NCBI GenBank assembly: GCA_965205485.1
Contig: OZ242180.1
Span: 4,672,001-4,736,000 of the forward strand
Reading direction: 5' to 3'
Source: Candidatus Latescibacterota bacterium
GTDB lineage: Bacteria; Latescibacterota; UBA2968; GCA-2709665
Length of the DNA stretch: 64,000 nt
The notes below the pieces were generated by a model. The model had not been told where the DNA came from and did no database searches. It saw only the letters and a list, made by a program, of their open reading frames with translations. Made by a program: the position numbers and the translations under genes. This document shows positions 20,497-31,296 of this stretch, piece after piece. Each line of letters begins with the position of its first letter. The stretch's first letter is position 1.

Positions 20497-21044
20497 TTTT
20501 TCGTACGCTCTTGGGCCTCACTCGATTCGTCGGCTTGCCCGGTTTCGGCCTCGCCGGATGAATCCGAAGCCGGTTCGCTCGCGGCGTCCGTGACTTCGTC
20601 AGCGGAAGTTTCCGCCGGTTCCCGGCTCTCACTGCGGACACCGCCATCATCATCCGAATCCGGTCGTCCGGCAGAATCGGCTCTGGTTTCCTCCCCGACC
20701 ATTTCCACCAGACACATCTCGACGCGGTCACCGCGGCGGGGGCCGAGTTTGAGTAACCGGAGATAGCCGCCATTGCGTTCAGAAAACGAATCCGCGATCT
20801 CGTCGAAGAGTCTGGCAACCACACGCTGGTTTCGAATCCGTCGCAGGACCTGCCGTCTCGCGTGCAAGTCGCCCCTTTTCGCGAACGTAATAAGGCGTTC
20901 GGCCACGCCGCGCAGCTCCTTGGCCTTTGCGTGGGTCGTGCGTATGGAACCGTACGTGAACAGAGACGCGGCCATGTTGTTCAACATCGCCCTCTTGTGG
21001 CTGGCCGTACGCCCGAGTTTGCGCCCCCGTTTTCCGTGTCTCAT
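20493..21044 (-). CDS. rplQ: 50S ribosomal protein L17 with acidic C-terminal tail
   Basis: MRHGKRGRKLGRTASH, TTHAKAKELR, RNGGYLR. Confidence 0.97.
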   Translation of the reverse strand: MRHGKRGRKLGRTASHKRAMLNNMAASLFTYGSIRTTHAKAKELRGVAERLITFAKRGDLHARRQVLRRIRNQRVVARLFDEIADSFSERNGGYLRLLKLGPRRGDRVEMCLVEMVGEETRADSAGRPDSDDDGGVRSESREPAETSADEVTDAASEPASDSSGEAETGQADESSEAQERTKK

Positions 21045-21063
21045 AGCCCGTCTTTCCGGTTAA

Positions 21064-21082
21064 GAAGCTATCTTAAAATTCA
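21064..21082 (+). repeat. Family-A TIR remnant overlapping rpoA last codons and stop
   Basis: TAA|GAAGCTATCTTAAAATTC versus TIR GAAGCTGTCTTAAAATTC (1 mismatch). Confidence 0.6.
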
Positions 21083-22089
21083 TCTTCCAATACCGCGACT
21101 TCCTCGCTCTTCGGGGCAATCCCGCTGTATTTCGATATATCCATTCCAAACTGAAGGCCCAGACCTTCCAGTATTGCTGTCAACTCGTTCAGCGACTTGC
21201 GGCCGAAATTCCGGAACTTCAGCATTTCGGTCTCGGTCTTTTGAACAAGGTCTTCAAGCGTGAGAATATTGGCCGCCTTCAAACAGTTGGCGGAACGCAC
21301 GGACAGTTCCAGTTCTTCCACCGGCATCTGCAGAAGCGATGCCACCCGCTGCGTGTCTTCGTCGATGATTTCCTCGTATTCCTCCTCCGGCTCTTCTTCG
21401 AAGTGTATGAAGAGCTCCAGATGGTCCTTCAATATCTTTGCCGCGTGAGACACGGCGTCGTCAGGCCGTATGGCACCGTTCGTCCAGACGGTCAGCGTCA
21501 GTTTATCGTAGTCCGTCTGTTGCCCGACGCGGGCGTTGTCCACCTCGTAATGCACCTTTCTGATGGGAGAAAATGCCGAATCGAGCATTATCGTATCCGT
21601 GGCGGGGTCGGTGACTTTATTCTCTTCAGCCAGCACGTAACCCCTACCCTTGCCTACGGTGATCTCCATTTCGAGATGGCCGTCCTGATCCAGAGATGCG
21701 ATGTGCTGTTCGGGGTTCATCACTTCGACGTCGGCGTCCACCTCCAGTTCTTTCGCCGTCAAACTGTCCGGCCCCTCCTTGTCGATACGAAGCAGTTTGT
21801 CTTCGTCCGAATGCACCCTCAGGTTTACTTCCTTGAGATTCAGTACGATTTCAGTCATGTCTTCGACGACGCCCTGTACAACGGAGAACTCGTGCTGCAC
21901 CCCTTCCACACGAATGGCCTTGACGGCTGCGCCTTCAATCGATGAAAGCAATATCCGGCGCAATGCATTGCCAATGGTGGTACCGAACCCGCGTTCAAGA
22001 GGTTGAACCGTGAACATCCCGTAAGAGTCGGTGAGGCTGCCCTCATCGATCTGCACGGACCTGGGCATCTGGAAGTTCTTAGGCTTCAT
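21073..22089 (-). CDS. rpoA: RNA polymerase alpha subunit
   Basis: PLERGFGTTIGNALRRILLSS, ELELSVRSANCLK, RNFGRKSL; start MKPKNFQ. Confidence 0.98.
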   Translation of the reverse strand: MKPKNFQMPRSVQIDEGSLTDSYGMFTVQPLERGFGTTIGNALRRILLSSIEGAAVKAIRVEGVQHEFSVVQGVVEDMTEIVLNLKEVNLRVHSDEDKLLRIDKEGPDSLTAKELEVDADVEVMNPEQHIASLDQDGHLEMEITVGKGRGYVLAEENKVTDPATDTIMLDSAFSPIRKVHYEVDNARVGQQTDYDKLTLTVWTNGAIRPDDAVSHAAKILKDHLELFIHFEEEPEEEYEEIIDEDTQRVASLLQMPVEELELSVRSANCLKAANILTLEDLVQKTETEMLKFRNFGRKSLNELTAILEGLGLQFGMDISKYSGIAPKSEEVAVLEDEF

Positions 22090-22179
22090 ACAGGAATTCT
22101 CCTTGGATCCACTGAAAGACAATATGGCAATCCGTTCCCAGCCGTGTAAACGCGGCCGCTCGTCATCGAGCCGAAGCGG

Positions 22180-22809
22180 CTATTTCGAATACAACTCCAC
22201 GATGAGCTGCTCCTCGACGGGCGTCGGAATACCCTCCCTGTCGGGATACTCGAGAACGGTTCCGGTGAGATTGACTTTGTCCAGGGACAGCCATGGCGCC
22301 TGTCGCCCCTCGCCGACCCGCTTGATGGAGTCGTGAATCAACGCCAGCTGCCGGCTCTTTTCCCGGACCTGAATGGTATCCCCGGGCGAGACCTGAAAGG
22401 AAGGGACGTCGACGATGCGCCCGTTCACCATGATGTGCCGGTGCCGCACGAGTTGACGGGCCGCCTTGTGAGAAGGCGCGAAGCCCAGCCGGTGGGTGAC
22501 GTTGTCCAGGCGGCTCTCGAGCGTCTGCAGGAGGAGTTCCCCGGTGACACCCTTCCGGCGGGCGGCCTTGTGATAATAGCCTCGGAACTGATTCTCCAAC
22601 ACGCCGTATTGGCGTTTGGCCTTTTGCTTCTCCCTGAGCTGCAGGGCATATTCAGACGGCTTGCGTCCCTGCCGCTGTCCGTGCATGCCGGGCGCATAGC
22701 TGCGCTTTTCAAACGAGCATTTGTCCAGATAGCAGCGTTCGCCTTTGAGGAACAGCTTTACGCCTTCACGTCGACACAATTTGCAACTGGAATCAGTATA
22801 CCTTGCCAT
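22180..22809 (-). CDS. rpsD: 30S ribosomal protein S4
   Basis: [34 protein letters not shown]. Confidence 0.98.
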   Translation of the reverse strand: MARYTDSSCKLCRREGVKLFLKGERCYLDKCSFEKRSYAPGMHGQRQGRKPSEYALQLREKQKAKRQYGVLENQFRGYYHKAARRKGVTGELLLQTLESRLDNVTHRLGFAPSHKAARQLVRHRHIMVNGRIVDVPSFQVSPGDTIQVREKSRQLALIHDSIKRVGEGRQAPWLSLDKVNLTGTVLEYPDREGIPTPVEEQLIVELYSK

Positions 22810-22836
22810 GCAATAGACCTCCCAGGCCGGATGCCG

Positions 22837-23226
22837 TTATACGCGCCGCCGCTTTGGCGGCCGACAACCGTTGTGAGGAATCGGTGTAACGTCGCGAATC
22901 GCCGCGATTTCCAACCCTGCGCCCTGCAGGGCGCGGACGGCGGCTTCGCGGCCGACACCTGGACCCTTGACCCAAACCTCGACACGTCGCAGACCCATGG
23001 ACATCGCATCCTTTGCCGCGGCTTCCGCGGCCAACTGTGCGGCAAATGGCGTGCTCTTGCGTGAACCCTTGAACCCCACCTTGCCGGTTGTGGACCACGA
23101 AATCACGTGTCCGTCTTTGTCGGTCAGCGTCACGATGGTATTGTTGAACGTGGCCTTAATGTGGGCAACGCCCTGTCCGTCGACCCGCTTGTTCCTTCTT
23201 CGGCCTCTTCTCTGTTCCGGCGGCAA
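22837..23226 (-). CDS. rpsK: 30S ribosomal protein S11
   Basis: [37 protein letters not shown]. Confidence 0.98.
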   Translation of the reverse strand: MPPEQRRGRRRNKRVDGQGVAHIKATFNNTIVTLTDKDGHVISWSTTGKVGFKGSRKSTPFAAQLAAEAAAKDAMSMGLRRVEVWVKGPGVGREAAVRALQGAGLEIAAIRDVTPIPHNGCRPPKRRRV

Positions 23227-23248
23227 GTGATCGCCTCCTTAGCTGCGT

Positions 23249-23629
23249 TTAGTGTTGTGCTTTCTTCTTCTTGGCAATCTGACCCTTTTTGGGCCCTTTT
23301 CTCGTCCGGGCATTCGTCCGGGTCCGCTGGCCGCGCACCGGGAGCCCCCTCCGCCACCTCAGCCCTCGATAGCAGCCGATGTCCATCAACCGCTTGATAT
23401 TCATCGCCACTTCGCTTCTCAGGTTGCCTTCCACCCGGTATTCACCCTCGATCACGCTCCGGAGTTTCGTGACGTCTTCCTCGCTTAACGCGTCGACGCG
23501 CGTGTCCGGTGAAATCTGCGTTTTCTCAAGGATCCGGTTCGAGGAGCTTCTGCCAATCCCGTAAATGTAGGTCAGTGCGATTTCTACACGCTTTTCACGC
23601 GGAACATCGACACCTGCGATACGAGCCAT
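23249..23629 (-). CDS. rpsM: 30S ribosomal protein S13
   Basis: [25 protein letters not shown]. Confidence 0.98.
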   Translation of the reverse strand: MARIAGVDVPREKRVEIALTYIYGIGRSSSNRILEKTQISPDTRVDALSEEDVTKLRSVIEGEYRVEGNLRSEVAMNIKRLMDIGCYRGLRWRRGLPVRGQRTRTNARTRKGPKKGQIAKKKKAQH

Positions 23630-23661
23630 CGTATCTCCTCCTTCGTTCGGATTCCGAAGGG

Positions 23662-23778
23662 CTATCCCTGTCTCTGTTTATGACTTGGATCGTGTTTGCA
23701 TATCACGCGGACCACGCCCTTACGGCGAATGACCTTGCAGTGATTGCAGCGTTTCTTAACGGATGCTCTGACCCTCAT
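23662..23778 (-). CDS. rpmJ: 50S ribosomal protein L36 (Zn-ribbon form); absent from ORF track
   Basis: Hand translation [38 protein letters not shown]. Confidence 0.96.
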   Translation of the reverse strand: MRVRASVKKRCNHCKVIRRKGVVRVICKHDPSHKQRQG

Positions 23779-23794
23779 CGGTCTGTCCTTTCGG

Positions 23795-25135
23795 TCATCT
23801 CCGGCCCTTCAACCTTCCCTTTTTCATAAAGCCGTCGTAATGCCGCATGAGGAGGTGCGACTCCACGCGCTGAAGCGTGTCCAGCGCTACGCCGACGATA
23901 ATCAGAAGTCCGGTACCCCCGAAGAAGTCGATCAGACCGGGATTCACGTCGGCCCAACTGATAACGAAAAACGGGAAGACCGCGATCGCCGCGAGGAAGA
24001 TCGATCCCGGTAGCGTGATTCGGGTCAAAATCCGGTCGATAAAGTCGGACGTGCGTCGACCGGGCCGGATACCCGGAATGAACCCGCCCTGTCGCTTCAT
24101 ATTGTCGGCGAGGTCTACAGGATTGAAGACGATTGCCGTATAGAAATAGGCGAAAAAGATGATCATCGCGGAGTAGAGAATCCAGTACGGCAGCGCGTGC
24201 AACGTAGTGGCCGGTGAAAACCGTGAGGCCATATCCTGCACCCACTCGTTCATCGGGAAAAAATTCGCCAGCGTGGACGGCAGAAACATGATAGCCTGCG
24301 CGAATATAATGGGCATGACCCCCGAAGTATTCACCTTGAGCGGAATGTGAGTACTCTGGCCGCCGTATACGCGTCTGCCCACGACGCGTTTGGCGTATTG
24401 TACGGGGATTTTCCTCGTTCCCTGCGTTATGAGCACCACAAGCGCGGTGACCGCGATGATAATGACGACCACGAACAGCTCCAGCAGGATGGGCTTGTTA
24501 TTGGCCACGAAATCCTGATATTCCTGAATGACCGCCGCGGGCGCGCGGGCAATGATGCCTATGAAAATCAGCATCGACATGCCGTTGCCGATACCCCGGT
24601 CGTCAATCTGTTCACCCAGCCACATCACAAATACGGTTCCTGCGGTGATGGTCAGAATTGTCAACAACCGAAAGCCCAGACCCGGGTCCGGGACAACCAG
24701 CATGCCCGTGATGGGCGACCGGAGACTTTCCATAAACAGGCTGACGCCAAAAGACTGCGCGGCAGCCAGCGCAACGGTCCCGTAACGGGTATATTGGGTG
24801 ATCTTCTTGCGACCCTCTTCGCCCTCTTTCTGCAGCTTTTGCAGAAACGGGATTACAGCACCCATCAACTGGAGTATGATTGAGGCGCTGATATACGGCA
24901 TAATGCCAAGCGCGAATACGGTTGCGCGGCCGAACGCGCCGCCGGCAAACATGTCGTAGAATCCGAGGACACCGGTAGCGGCGCTGCTGAAATACTCGTC
25001 GAGAGCCCTTGGGTCGATGCCGGGAATGGTCACGTACGTGCCGATCCGGAAGACCACAAGAATACCCAGTGTAAACAGGATGCGATTGCGCAGTTCGGGG
25101 ATTCGAAACGCACTCTGGAAACTCTGGAGCACCAC
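23795..25135 (-). CDS. secY: Preprotein translocase SecY
   Basis: [45 protein letters not shown]. Confidence 0.98.
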   Translation of the reverse strand: MVLQSFQSAFRIPELRNRILFTLGILVVFRIGTYVTIPGIDPRALDEYFSSAATGVLGFYDMFAGGAFGRATVFALGIMPYISASIILQLMGAVIPFLQKLQKEGEEGRKKITQYTRYGTVALAAAQSFGVSLFMESLRSPITGMLVVPDPGLGFRLLTILTITAGTVFVMWLGEQIDDRGIGNGMSMLIFIGIIARAPAAVIQEYQDFVANNKPILLELFVVVIIIAVTALVVLITQGTRKIPVQYAKRVVGRRVYGGQSTHIPLKVNTSGVMPIIFAQAIMFLPSTLANFFPMNEWVQDMASRFSPATTLHALPYWILYSAMIIFFAYFYTAIVFNPVDLADNMKRQGGFIPGIRPGRRTSDFIDRILTRITLPGSIFLAAIAVFPFFVISWADVNPGLIDFFGGTGLLIIVGVALDTLQRVESHLLMRHYDGFMKKGRLKGRR

Positions 25136-25150
25136 CGCCTCCTCTTCAGA

Positions 25151-25612
25151 TTAACCCGTCCCGGAACCCGCGTCCATCAGGCTGACACTGCCTCCAGCCG
25201 CTTCGATCTTCCCCCTGGCCGATCGGGATACCGCGTGTGCCTGAACCTGCATGGCATCTGCGATCTCACCCCGTCCCAGAATCTTCACGGGTCGCCGAAT
25301 TGACCGTATCAGGCCCGTCTGCTTCAGGTGTTCGGGTGTCACTTCACCGGACAATCCACGCCTTGCCATATCGTCCAGATTAACGACCTGATAGACCACC
25401 TTCTGAGGGTTATTGAATCCTATTTTGGGCAGCCTGCGTTGCAACGGCATCTGCCCGCCTTCAAACCACGGCCTTGTTTTCGCGCCGGAACGCGACTTCT
25501 GGCCCTTATGTCCTTTCCCGCTTGTCTTGCCGCATCCGGAACCCGCGCCGCAACCCAGCCGTTTGCGGCTCTTGACGGCGCCCACGGGAGACTTCAGCCT
25601 TCCTGGTTTCAT
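25151..25612 (-). CDS. rplO: 50S ribosomal protein L15
   Basis: GKTSGKGHKGQKSRSG, FEGGQMPLQRRLPK. Confidence 0.97.
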   Translation of the reverse strand: MKPGRLKSPVGAVKSRKRLGCGAGSGCGKTSGKGHKGQKSRSGAKTRPWFEGGQMPLQRRLPKIGFNNPQKVVYQVVNLDDMARRGLSGEVTPEHLKQTGLIRSIRRPVKILGRGEIADAMQVQAHAVSRSARGKIEAAGGSVSLMDAGSGTG

Positions 25613-25687
25613 GCTCGTGACCCCTATGCTTGAGGGAAGGTAACCCCGGATCCTTCGGACCGGTCCTGCAGAGATGCATCACCGGAA

Positions 25688-25885
25688 TCAGCCGTCTGCC
25701 GGCTCCACCTCTACAAGGTGTGCAACCGTGTTGACCATACCGCGGATCTGCGCCGTGTCGTCGTGAACCACACTGTGGCGAATACGGCGAATTCCAAGAG
25801 CGCTGAGCGTACGCCGCTGTTTTTGATTTCTCGAAATCAAACTGCGTACCTGGGTAATTTTCAGCTTTCCGCCGTCGTGTGCCAT
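25688..25885 (-). CDS. rpmD: 50S ribosomal protein L30
   Basis: [22 protein letters not shown]. Confidence 0.95.
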   Translation of the reverse strand: MAHDGGKLKITQVRSLISRNQKQRRTLSALGIRRIRHSVVHDDTAQIRGMVNTVAHLVEVEPADG

Positions 25886-25891
25886 GCCGCG

Positions 25892-26407
25892 TTACTCCCG
25901 GGCGCCCGTCAACTCCGCCTCATCGACGTTCCGTAACCGTGCAAACGCCCGCGCGTCCCTGAGGCTGGACAGGCCCTGAAGCGTGGCTTTCACGGTATTG
26001 TGGGTATTCTGCGACCCCAGTGATTTGGTCAGCACGTTCTGCACGCCTGCCAGTTCCAGTACCGCTCGAATGCCCCCGCCGGCGATCACACCGGTTCCCG
26101 GAGCAGCGGGCCGCAACAGCACACGGGAAGCGCCAAAGACGCCGATGATCTCATGCGGCAGCGTTCCGTTGATCAACGGTATTCGTACCAGCTCCTTCTT
26201 GGCGTTTTCCGTCGCTTTGCGGATGGCTTCCGCAACCTCTCCCGCCTTGCCCATTCCCGCACCGACGTGACCCTGACGGTCTCCGACGACGACCATCACG
26301 TTGAAAGCGAAACGACGGCCGCCCTTGCGAACGTGGGACACCCTCTTGAGGCTGTTGTTGATTACGATTTCGGTCAGGTCCAATCCGGAAGAATCTATCC
26401 GTTTCAA
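25892..26407 (-). CDS. rpsE: 30S ribosomal protein S5
   Basis: [23 protein letters not shown]. Confidence 0.97.
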   Translation of the reverse strand: MKRIDSSGLDLTEIVINNSLKRVSHVRKGGRRFAFNVMVVVGDRQGHVGAGMGKAGEVAEAIRKATENAKKELVRIPLINGTLPHEIIGVFGASRVLLRPAAPGTGVIAGGGIRAVLELAGVQNVLTKSLGSQNTHNTVKATLQGLSSLRDARAFARLRNVDEAELTGARE

Positions 26408-26434
26408 ATGGCTGCTCCCTTTAATCTGACACCA

Positions 26435-26803
26435 CTAAAACAGCAGACCGCCTTCTCGCGCGCCGTCGGCCAATGCCTTGATCCGGCCATGATACAGGCG
26501 GCCGCCCCGGTCGAATACAACTGTCTTGATCCCGGCTTCCAGTGCCCTGGCCGCCAGGGCCAGGCCCACCTCACGGCCCTTCTGGCTCTTGTTGCCCGAG
26601 AGCGTGTCCCGGATTTCCCGGGAATTGCTCGAGAGTCCAAGCAGGGAACGCCCCGTCGTGTCGTCGATCAGTTGTACTTCGATGTGGTTCAGGCTCCTGC
26701 TCACCGCCAATCGGGGCCTCCCGGGGGTACCGCGGATCTTTTTCCGTATCCGCAATCGGCGGCGCAGTCGCAGCCTGGCCTTCTGGATCTGTGGGTTTGC
26801 CAT
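26435..26803 (-). CDS. rplR: 50S ribosomal protein L18
   Basis: RPRLAVSRS, VVFDRGGRLYHGRIKALA; start re-set to MANPQ (the longer ORF runs into a MITE). Confidence 0.96.
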   Translation of the reverse strand: MANPQIQKARLRLRRRLRIRKKIRGTPGRPRLAVSRSLNHIEVQLIDDTTGRSLLGLSSNSREIRDTLSGNKSQKGREVGLALAARALEAGIKTVVFDRGGRLYHGRIKALADGAREGGLLF

Positions 26804-26823
26804 AAAATCCGCTCCGTGTCTAC

Positions 26824-27131
26824 CAGTCCGTTGATAAAGTCGCTCTGCAGGCGAGTCCCGAAATATGTCACCATTCATCCGCCGATTCATCCCGTCTGGC
26901 GGCGTTCTTCGCTCGGTGACCGTAAGCAGGTCGCCTCGCTCAGGCGCCTTGCCAGCCGGGCGACTCCGCGGTCGAATTACGGCGATCTATTTCCGGGTCA
27001 GAACACTTGCCATTGTGGTCGAAGACAAGGCGCGCGACCGAGTCCCATCCCTCGATTCGGCGAGGGAGTGCAACGCAGTATTTCGACCGCAAGGGCCGGC
27101 CGTAGCCCGGATGGGCTTTTTCAACGGGCTG
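26824..27131 (+). mobile_element. MITE family B carrying a nested family C element, between rplF and rplR
   Basis: TIR CAGTCCGTTGATAAAG...CTTTTTCAACGGGCTG; outer parts align with 50448-50606. Confidence 0.85.
26855..27009 (-). mobile_element. MITE family C, degenerate copy nested in B
   Basis: Colinear with the reverse complement of 36020-36188 (e.g. CACCATTC..CGATTCATCCCGTCT..CAGGCGCCTTGC..TATTTCCGGG.CAGAACACT). Confidence 0.8.
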
Positions 27132-27698
27132 TTAGGTTACGGCGGCCTTGCCGGCCTTGCGTCGAACGTACTCGTTGACGTACCGAATTCCCTTACCCTT
27201 ATAAGGCTCGGGGGGACGGACTTTTCGAATATCGGCAGCCACTCGCCCCACCAGTTCCTTATCCGCGCCCCGAACAACAATCGTGGCCTGGGCCGTGTCG
27301 ATTTCGGCGGGGGCGGGTTCGACGCTTATTTCAATGCCGTCCAGGGGTTCGATGATCACGGGATGACTGAAGCCGACCTGTAAATCCAGACTCCTGCCCT
27401 TCATTTCAGCCCGGTACCCCACACCCACGACGACCAGGCGCTTCTCAAATCCGTTGCGCACGCCTTCAACCGCATTGGCCAACAACGCCCGCGTCAGCCC
27501 CCACACGGCTTTCGACTCCCTGTCTTCAACATCCTCTACCGTTACCCGGATCGCGCCGTCTTCCTGTCGGACCCGGGTCAGCGGATGAACCCTGACCGAC
27601 AGTTCGCCCTTGCTGCCCTTAACCAGCACCCCCTCAGACTCTATACGTACCTGAACGCCATCCGGTACGGCAATCGGCTGCCTTCCAACACGTGACAC
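27132..27698 (-). CDS. rplF: 50S ribosomal protein L6
   Basis: SRVGRQPI, GVGYRA, RPPEPYKGKGIRY; GTG start after GGAGGAG. Confidence 0.97.
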   Translation of the reverse strand: MSRVGRQPIAVPDGVQVRIESEGVLVKGSKGELSVRVHPLTRVRQEDGAIRVTVEDVEDRESKAVWGLTRALLANAVEGVRNGFEKRLVVVGVGYRAEMKGRSLDLQVGFSHPVIIEPLDGIEISVEPAPAEIDTAQATIVVRGADKELVGRVAADIRKVRPPEPYKGKGIRYVNEYVRRKAGKAAVT

Positions 27699-27714
27699 CT
27701 GGACTCCTCCCGGT

Positions 27715-28113
27715 TTACCAGAGGTGACAGAGGACCTCGCCGCCGACACCGGCCGTTCGCGCCTCGCTATCCGTCAGTATACCCTGTGGGGTGGAAAGTA
27801 TCGCCACGCCAAGGCCGTTGAGCACTCTGGGGATTTCCCCGACACGGACGTAACGGCGCAACCCCGGCCGGCTGATGCGGTCCAGTCCCTGTATCGCGCT
27901 CTCGTCGTCCGAACTGTACTTGAGATACAGGCGGATGTATCCCTGCCGATTGTCCTCCACGCGGGCGTAGTTGTGGATGAACCCTCTCGACTTCATTATC
28001 CGGGCAATTTCGGTCTTCATCCGGGAACCCGGAATGTCTACCTTCCGGTGCCCGGCACCGGCCGCATTCCGAATACGGGTCAGCATATCCGCAATCGGAT
28101 CGCTCATACTCAT
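27715..28113 (-). CDS. rpsH: 30S ribosomal protein S8
   Basis: DPIADMLTRIRNA, ISRPGLRRY, GVGGEVLC. Confidence 0.97.
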   Translation of the reverse strand: MSMSDPIADMLTRIRNAAGAGHRKVDIPGSRMKTEIARIMKSRGFIHNYARVEDNRQGYIRLYLKYSSDDESAIQGLDRISRPGLRRYVRVGEIPRVLNGLGVAILSTPQGILTDSEARTAGVGGEVLCHLW

Positions 28114-28144
28114 AGGGCCAACCGCCTCCTGTCTGTCTGGGCTC

Positions 28145-28330
28145 CTACCAACTCGCCTTCGCGACTCCGGGTATCTCACCCAGCAACGCCAGTTCTCTGA
28201 AACAGATCCTGCAGATACCGAACTGCCTCATGTAGCCTCTCGGACGTCCGCAACGATGGCAACGATTATACCGGCGAACCGCAAACTTCGGCTTCCTGTT
28301 TGCCTTTACAATCAACGTCTTCTTCGCCAC
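28145..28330 (-). CDS. rpsN: 30S ribosomal protein S14 type Z (Zn-binding)
   Basis: [12 protein letters not shown]...CRICFRELA...PGVAKASW. Confidence 0.96.
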   Translation of the reverse strand: MAKKTLIVKANRKPKFAVRRYNRCHRCGRPRGYMRQFGICRICFRELALLGEIPGVAKASW

Positions 28331-28352
28331 AAGTACGCTCACTTTCCTGGAA

Positions 28353-28907
28353 TCAGGCCGCTTCGGCAGTCTGGAACGGCATGCCAAAGCGCCTGAGCAA
28401 TTCAAATGCCTCTTCGTCGGTCCCGGCCGTGGTAACGATGGTTACGTCCAGACCTCTGATCTGATCGATTTCATCGTAGTTGATCTCTGGAAAGATGATC
28501 TGCTCCCGAACCCCCACGGTATAATTTCCCCTGCCGTCAAAGGCATTGGGGGACAAACCCCTGAAATCACGTGTACGTGGTATGGCAAAGGCAAAAAACC
28601 GGTCGAGAAACTCGTACATCCGGTCTCGGCGCAACGTGACTGCACACCCGACGGGCGTACCCTCCCGCAGTTTGAAATTCGAGACGGATTTCTTGGCCCG
28701 ACGTATCGACGGACGCTGGCCCGCGATGGTGGACAGGTCCGCGATGGCGCTGTCGATCGCCTTTGGATTCTGGACGGCCTCTCCCAGCCCCATGTTCAGG
28801 ACGATCTTCTCGAGCCTTGGCACCTGCATTTTGTTCTTGTAGGCGAAATGTGAAACCATCGCCGGGACGATCTCGTTGTTGTAGATTTCACGGAGTCGCG
28901 CAGCCAT
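28353..28907 (-). CDS. rplE: 50S ribosomal protein L5
   Basis: [31 protein letters not shown]. Confidence 0.97.
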   Translation of the reverse strand: MAARLREIYNNEIVPAMVSHFAYKNKMQVPRLEKIVLNMGLGEAVQNPKAIDSAIADLSTIAGQRPSIRRAKKSVSNFKLREGTPVGCAVTLRRDRMYEFLDRFFAFAIPRTRDFRGLSPNAFDGRGNYTVGVREQIIFPEINYDEIDQIRGLDVTIVTTAGTDEEAFELLRRFGMPFQTAEAA

Positions 28908-28920
28908 CCAGCCCTCGCTA

Positions 28921-29247
28921 TCAGCTTGCTTCGGCAATCTGTTCGCCGCTCTTGACCGAAAGCCGTATCCGTACGCCGTTCTCAAGTCTCTGACGGCGTA
29001 TCCTCGTGGGTTCGTCGGTCTGTGGATCGATCAGCATGAGATTGGAGATGTGTATGGGAGCCTCTTTTTCGATGATACCGCCCTGCTGGTTCTTGGGTCC
29101 CGGCCTGGTATGACGTTTTATGAAGTTCACGCCTTCAACCAGTGCGCGCGACTTTTTCGGGAGTACTCTCAATACGCGTCCACGCCTCCCTGCATCGACA
29201 CCCCCGATGACCTCAACCTGGTCGCCCTTGCGAAGATGAGTTTTCAC
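28921..29247 (-). CDS. rplX: 50S ribosomal protein L24
   Basis: [30 protein letters not shown]. Confidence 0.97.
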   Translation of the reverse strand: MKTHLRKGDQVEVIGGVDAGRRGRVLRVLPKKSRALVEGVNFIKRHTRPGPKNQQGGIIEKEAPIHISNLMLIDPQTDEPTRIRRQRLENGVRIRLSVKSGEQIAEAS

Positions 29248-29275
29248 CTTTCGACGCTCCTCGCTGTCTAAAGAA

Positions 29276-29644
29276 TCAAACCACTTCCGCCGCCAGAGAG
29301 ACAATCCGCATGAACCGCCGGTCGCGCAGTTCCCGCGCGACCGGGCCGAAGATACGAGTTGCCCTGGGTTCTCCCTCGGCGTTTATCAGAACCGCCGCGT
29401 TGTCGTCGAAACGAATGTAGGAACCGTCGGAACGCCGGGCCTCTTTCCGGGTCCGAACAATGACCGCCCGCGCGACTTCCCCTTTCTTCACCGCGCTGTT
29501 GGGCTGGGCGTCCTTTACCGAGACCACAATCGTATCGCCCAGGCCGGCATATTTTCTCCGGGACCCGCCCAGCACCCTGAAACACATGACCTTTCGGGCG
29601 CCGCTGTTGTCGGCGCAGTTCAATACCGTCTGTTCCGTAACCAT
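29276..29644 (-). CDS. rplN: 50S ribosomal protein L14
   Basis: [27 protein letters not shown]. Confidence 0.98.
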   Translation of the reverse strand: MVTEQTVLNCADNSGARKVMCFRVLGGSRRKYAGLGDTIVVSVKDAQPNSAVKKGEVARAVIVRTRKEARRSDGSYIRFDDNAAVLINAEGEPRATRIFGPVARELRDRRFMRIVSLAAEVV

Positions 29645-29657
29645 CCTCCGATACTCC

Positions 29658-29924
29658 CTATTGAACCTTTTCCAGTATCTCGGCAAGACGCCACCGTTTG
29701 GTCTTGCTGATCGGGCGGGTCTCCATAATCAGTACGGTGTCGCCGGCGTTTGCAGCGTTGTTTTCGTCGTGCGCCGCGAATTTGGAACGACGACGGACGA
29801 CTTTGCCGTAAAGCGGATGAGGGGTACGCCACGTGACTTCCACGACGATTGTCTTATCGGCCTGATTGCTCAGAACCCGGCCCACAACGGTCTTGCGACG
29901 TCCCCGCGCGACGGATTGTGCCAT
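29658..29924 (-). CDS. rpsQ: 30S ribosomal protein S17
   Basis: [29 protein letters not shown]. Confidence 0.97.
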   Translation of the reverse strand: MAQSVARGRRKTVVGRVLSNQADKTIVVEVTWRTPHPLYGKVVRRRSKFAAHDENNAANAGDTVLIMETRPISKTKRWRLAEILEKVQ

Positions 29925-29927
29925 AGT

Positions 29928-30173
29928 CTAATTTCCTTCCGATCCGGTGGATTCGGCGCCTGCTTCGCCGGTCGAGGCGTTCACGTCCAGCGTTCGCTCC
30001 CTCAATACGGTTCTGATTCGGGCGATATCCCGCCGGACCGACTTGACCCGGAGCGGATTGTCGAGCTGCTGTGTGACAAGCTGAATTCTCAGGTTGGACA
30101 ACTCCTCGAGCCTGTCTCCAAGCAACTCATCGACCTCGCTCCGCGTCATCTGACGAATCTCGCTGGCTTTCAT
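29928..30173 (-). CDS. rpmC: 50S ribosomal protein L29
   Basis: [17 protein letters not shown]; operon position. Confidence 0.95.
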   Translation of the reverse strand: MKASEIRQMTRSEVDELLGDRLEELSNLRIQLVTQQLDNPLRVKSVRRDIARIRTVLRERTLDVNASTGEAGAESTGSEGN

Positions 30174-30589
30174 TCCTCGCTGTCTCCCCGTTCGATAAAC
30201 CGGGTCTTTATAGGCATCTTGTGGCCGGCCTTACGCATGGCTTCTCGGGCGCTTTCCCGCTCAACGCCGTCGATTTCGAACATGATGCGTCCCGGCTTCA
30301 CGACAGCCACCCAGTATTCGGGGTTCCCCTTGCCCTTCCCCATCCGGGTCTCGGCGGGCTTGATGGTGACCGGTTTATCGGGAAACAGCCGGATCCAAAC
30401 CTTTCCCCCGCGCCCGAGCGCGCGGGTGATGGCCACGCGCGCCGCCTCGATCTGCCGGCTGGTGATCCACGCGGGTTCCAGCGCCTGTAGCGCAAATTCA
30501 CCGAAAGCGATCCTGCTCCCCCGGTACGCCATGCCGCGCATGCGTCCACGCTGCTGTTTTCGCCACTTGACCCTTTTCGGCATCAACAT
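30170..30589 (-). CDS. rplP: 50S ribosomal protein L16
   Basis: [26 protein letters not shown]. Confidence 0.98.
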   Translation of the reverse strand: MLMPKRVKWRKQQRGRMRGMAYRGSRIAFGEFALQALEPAWITSRQIEAARVAITRALGRGGKVWIRLFPDKPVTIKPAETRMGKGKGNPEYWVAVVKPGRIMFEIDGVERESAREAMRKAGHKMPIKTRFIERGDSEE

Positions 30590-30621
30590 GGATTCTGATC
30601 CTTACAATTCCTGAATCACCA

Positions 30622-31278
30622 TTACTGTGCAGGCCCCCCGGGGGACCGGCGCTCCACGACCTCGCCGTGACACACCCAGACCTTTACCCCTACCGTGCCG
30701 GAGGTTGTAAAGGCCGTGGAGGTTGCATAGTCGATATCGGCACGAAGCGTATGCAAGGGCACTCTTCCGGCGGGTTCCGACTTTTCGATTCGCGCCATTT
30801 CCGCGCCGCCCAGACGCCCGCCGCATACGATCTTGATGCCGTCGGCGCCCATGCGCATCGCAGAAGCGATGGCTTTCTTCATCGCCCTGCGAAAAGACAC
30901 GCGCTGCTCCAGCTGACGCGCTATGTTGTCGGCAACGAGTTGCGCATTCAGTTCAGGCCGCTTGATTTCCTGGATGTTAATGTAGATCTCTTTTCCGGTG
31001 ATGTGTTTCAGTTCGTCTCTGAGCTTATCGACCTCCTGCCCCTTGCGCCCGATCACGATACCGGGACGCGCGGTGTGCACCGAAATGGTGACCCGCTTCG
31101 GCGCGCGCTCTATCTCGATTTGAGACACGCTTGCCCGTTGCAGCCTGCTCTGGATGTAGCGCCGCAACATCAGGTCTTCCTTGAGCAGTTCGGCAAAATC
31201 CCTTCCGGCAAACCAGCGGGAACGCCAGTCCTTAACGATGCCCAGTCTGAACCCTGTTGGATGTGTTTTCTGGCCCAA
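30622..31278 (-). CDS. rpsC: 30S ribosomal protein S3
   Basis: [34 protein letters not shown]. Confidence 0.98.
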   Translation of the reverse strand: MGQKTHPTGFRLGIVKDWRSRWFAGRDFAELLKEDLMLRRYIQSRLQRASVSQIEIERAPKRVTISVHTARPGIVIGRKGQEVDKLRDELKHITGKEIYINIQEIKRPELNAQLVADNIARQLEQRVSFRRAMKKAIASAMRMGADGIKIVCGGRLGGAEMARIEKSEPAGRVPLHTLRADIDYATSTAFTTSGTVGVKVWVCHGEVVERRSPGGPAQ

Positions 31279-31296
31279 AAGAAACCCTCCCGACGG

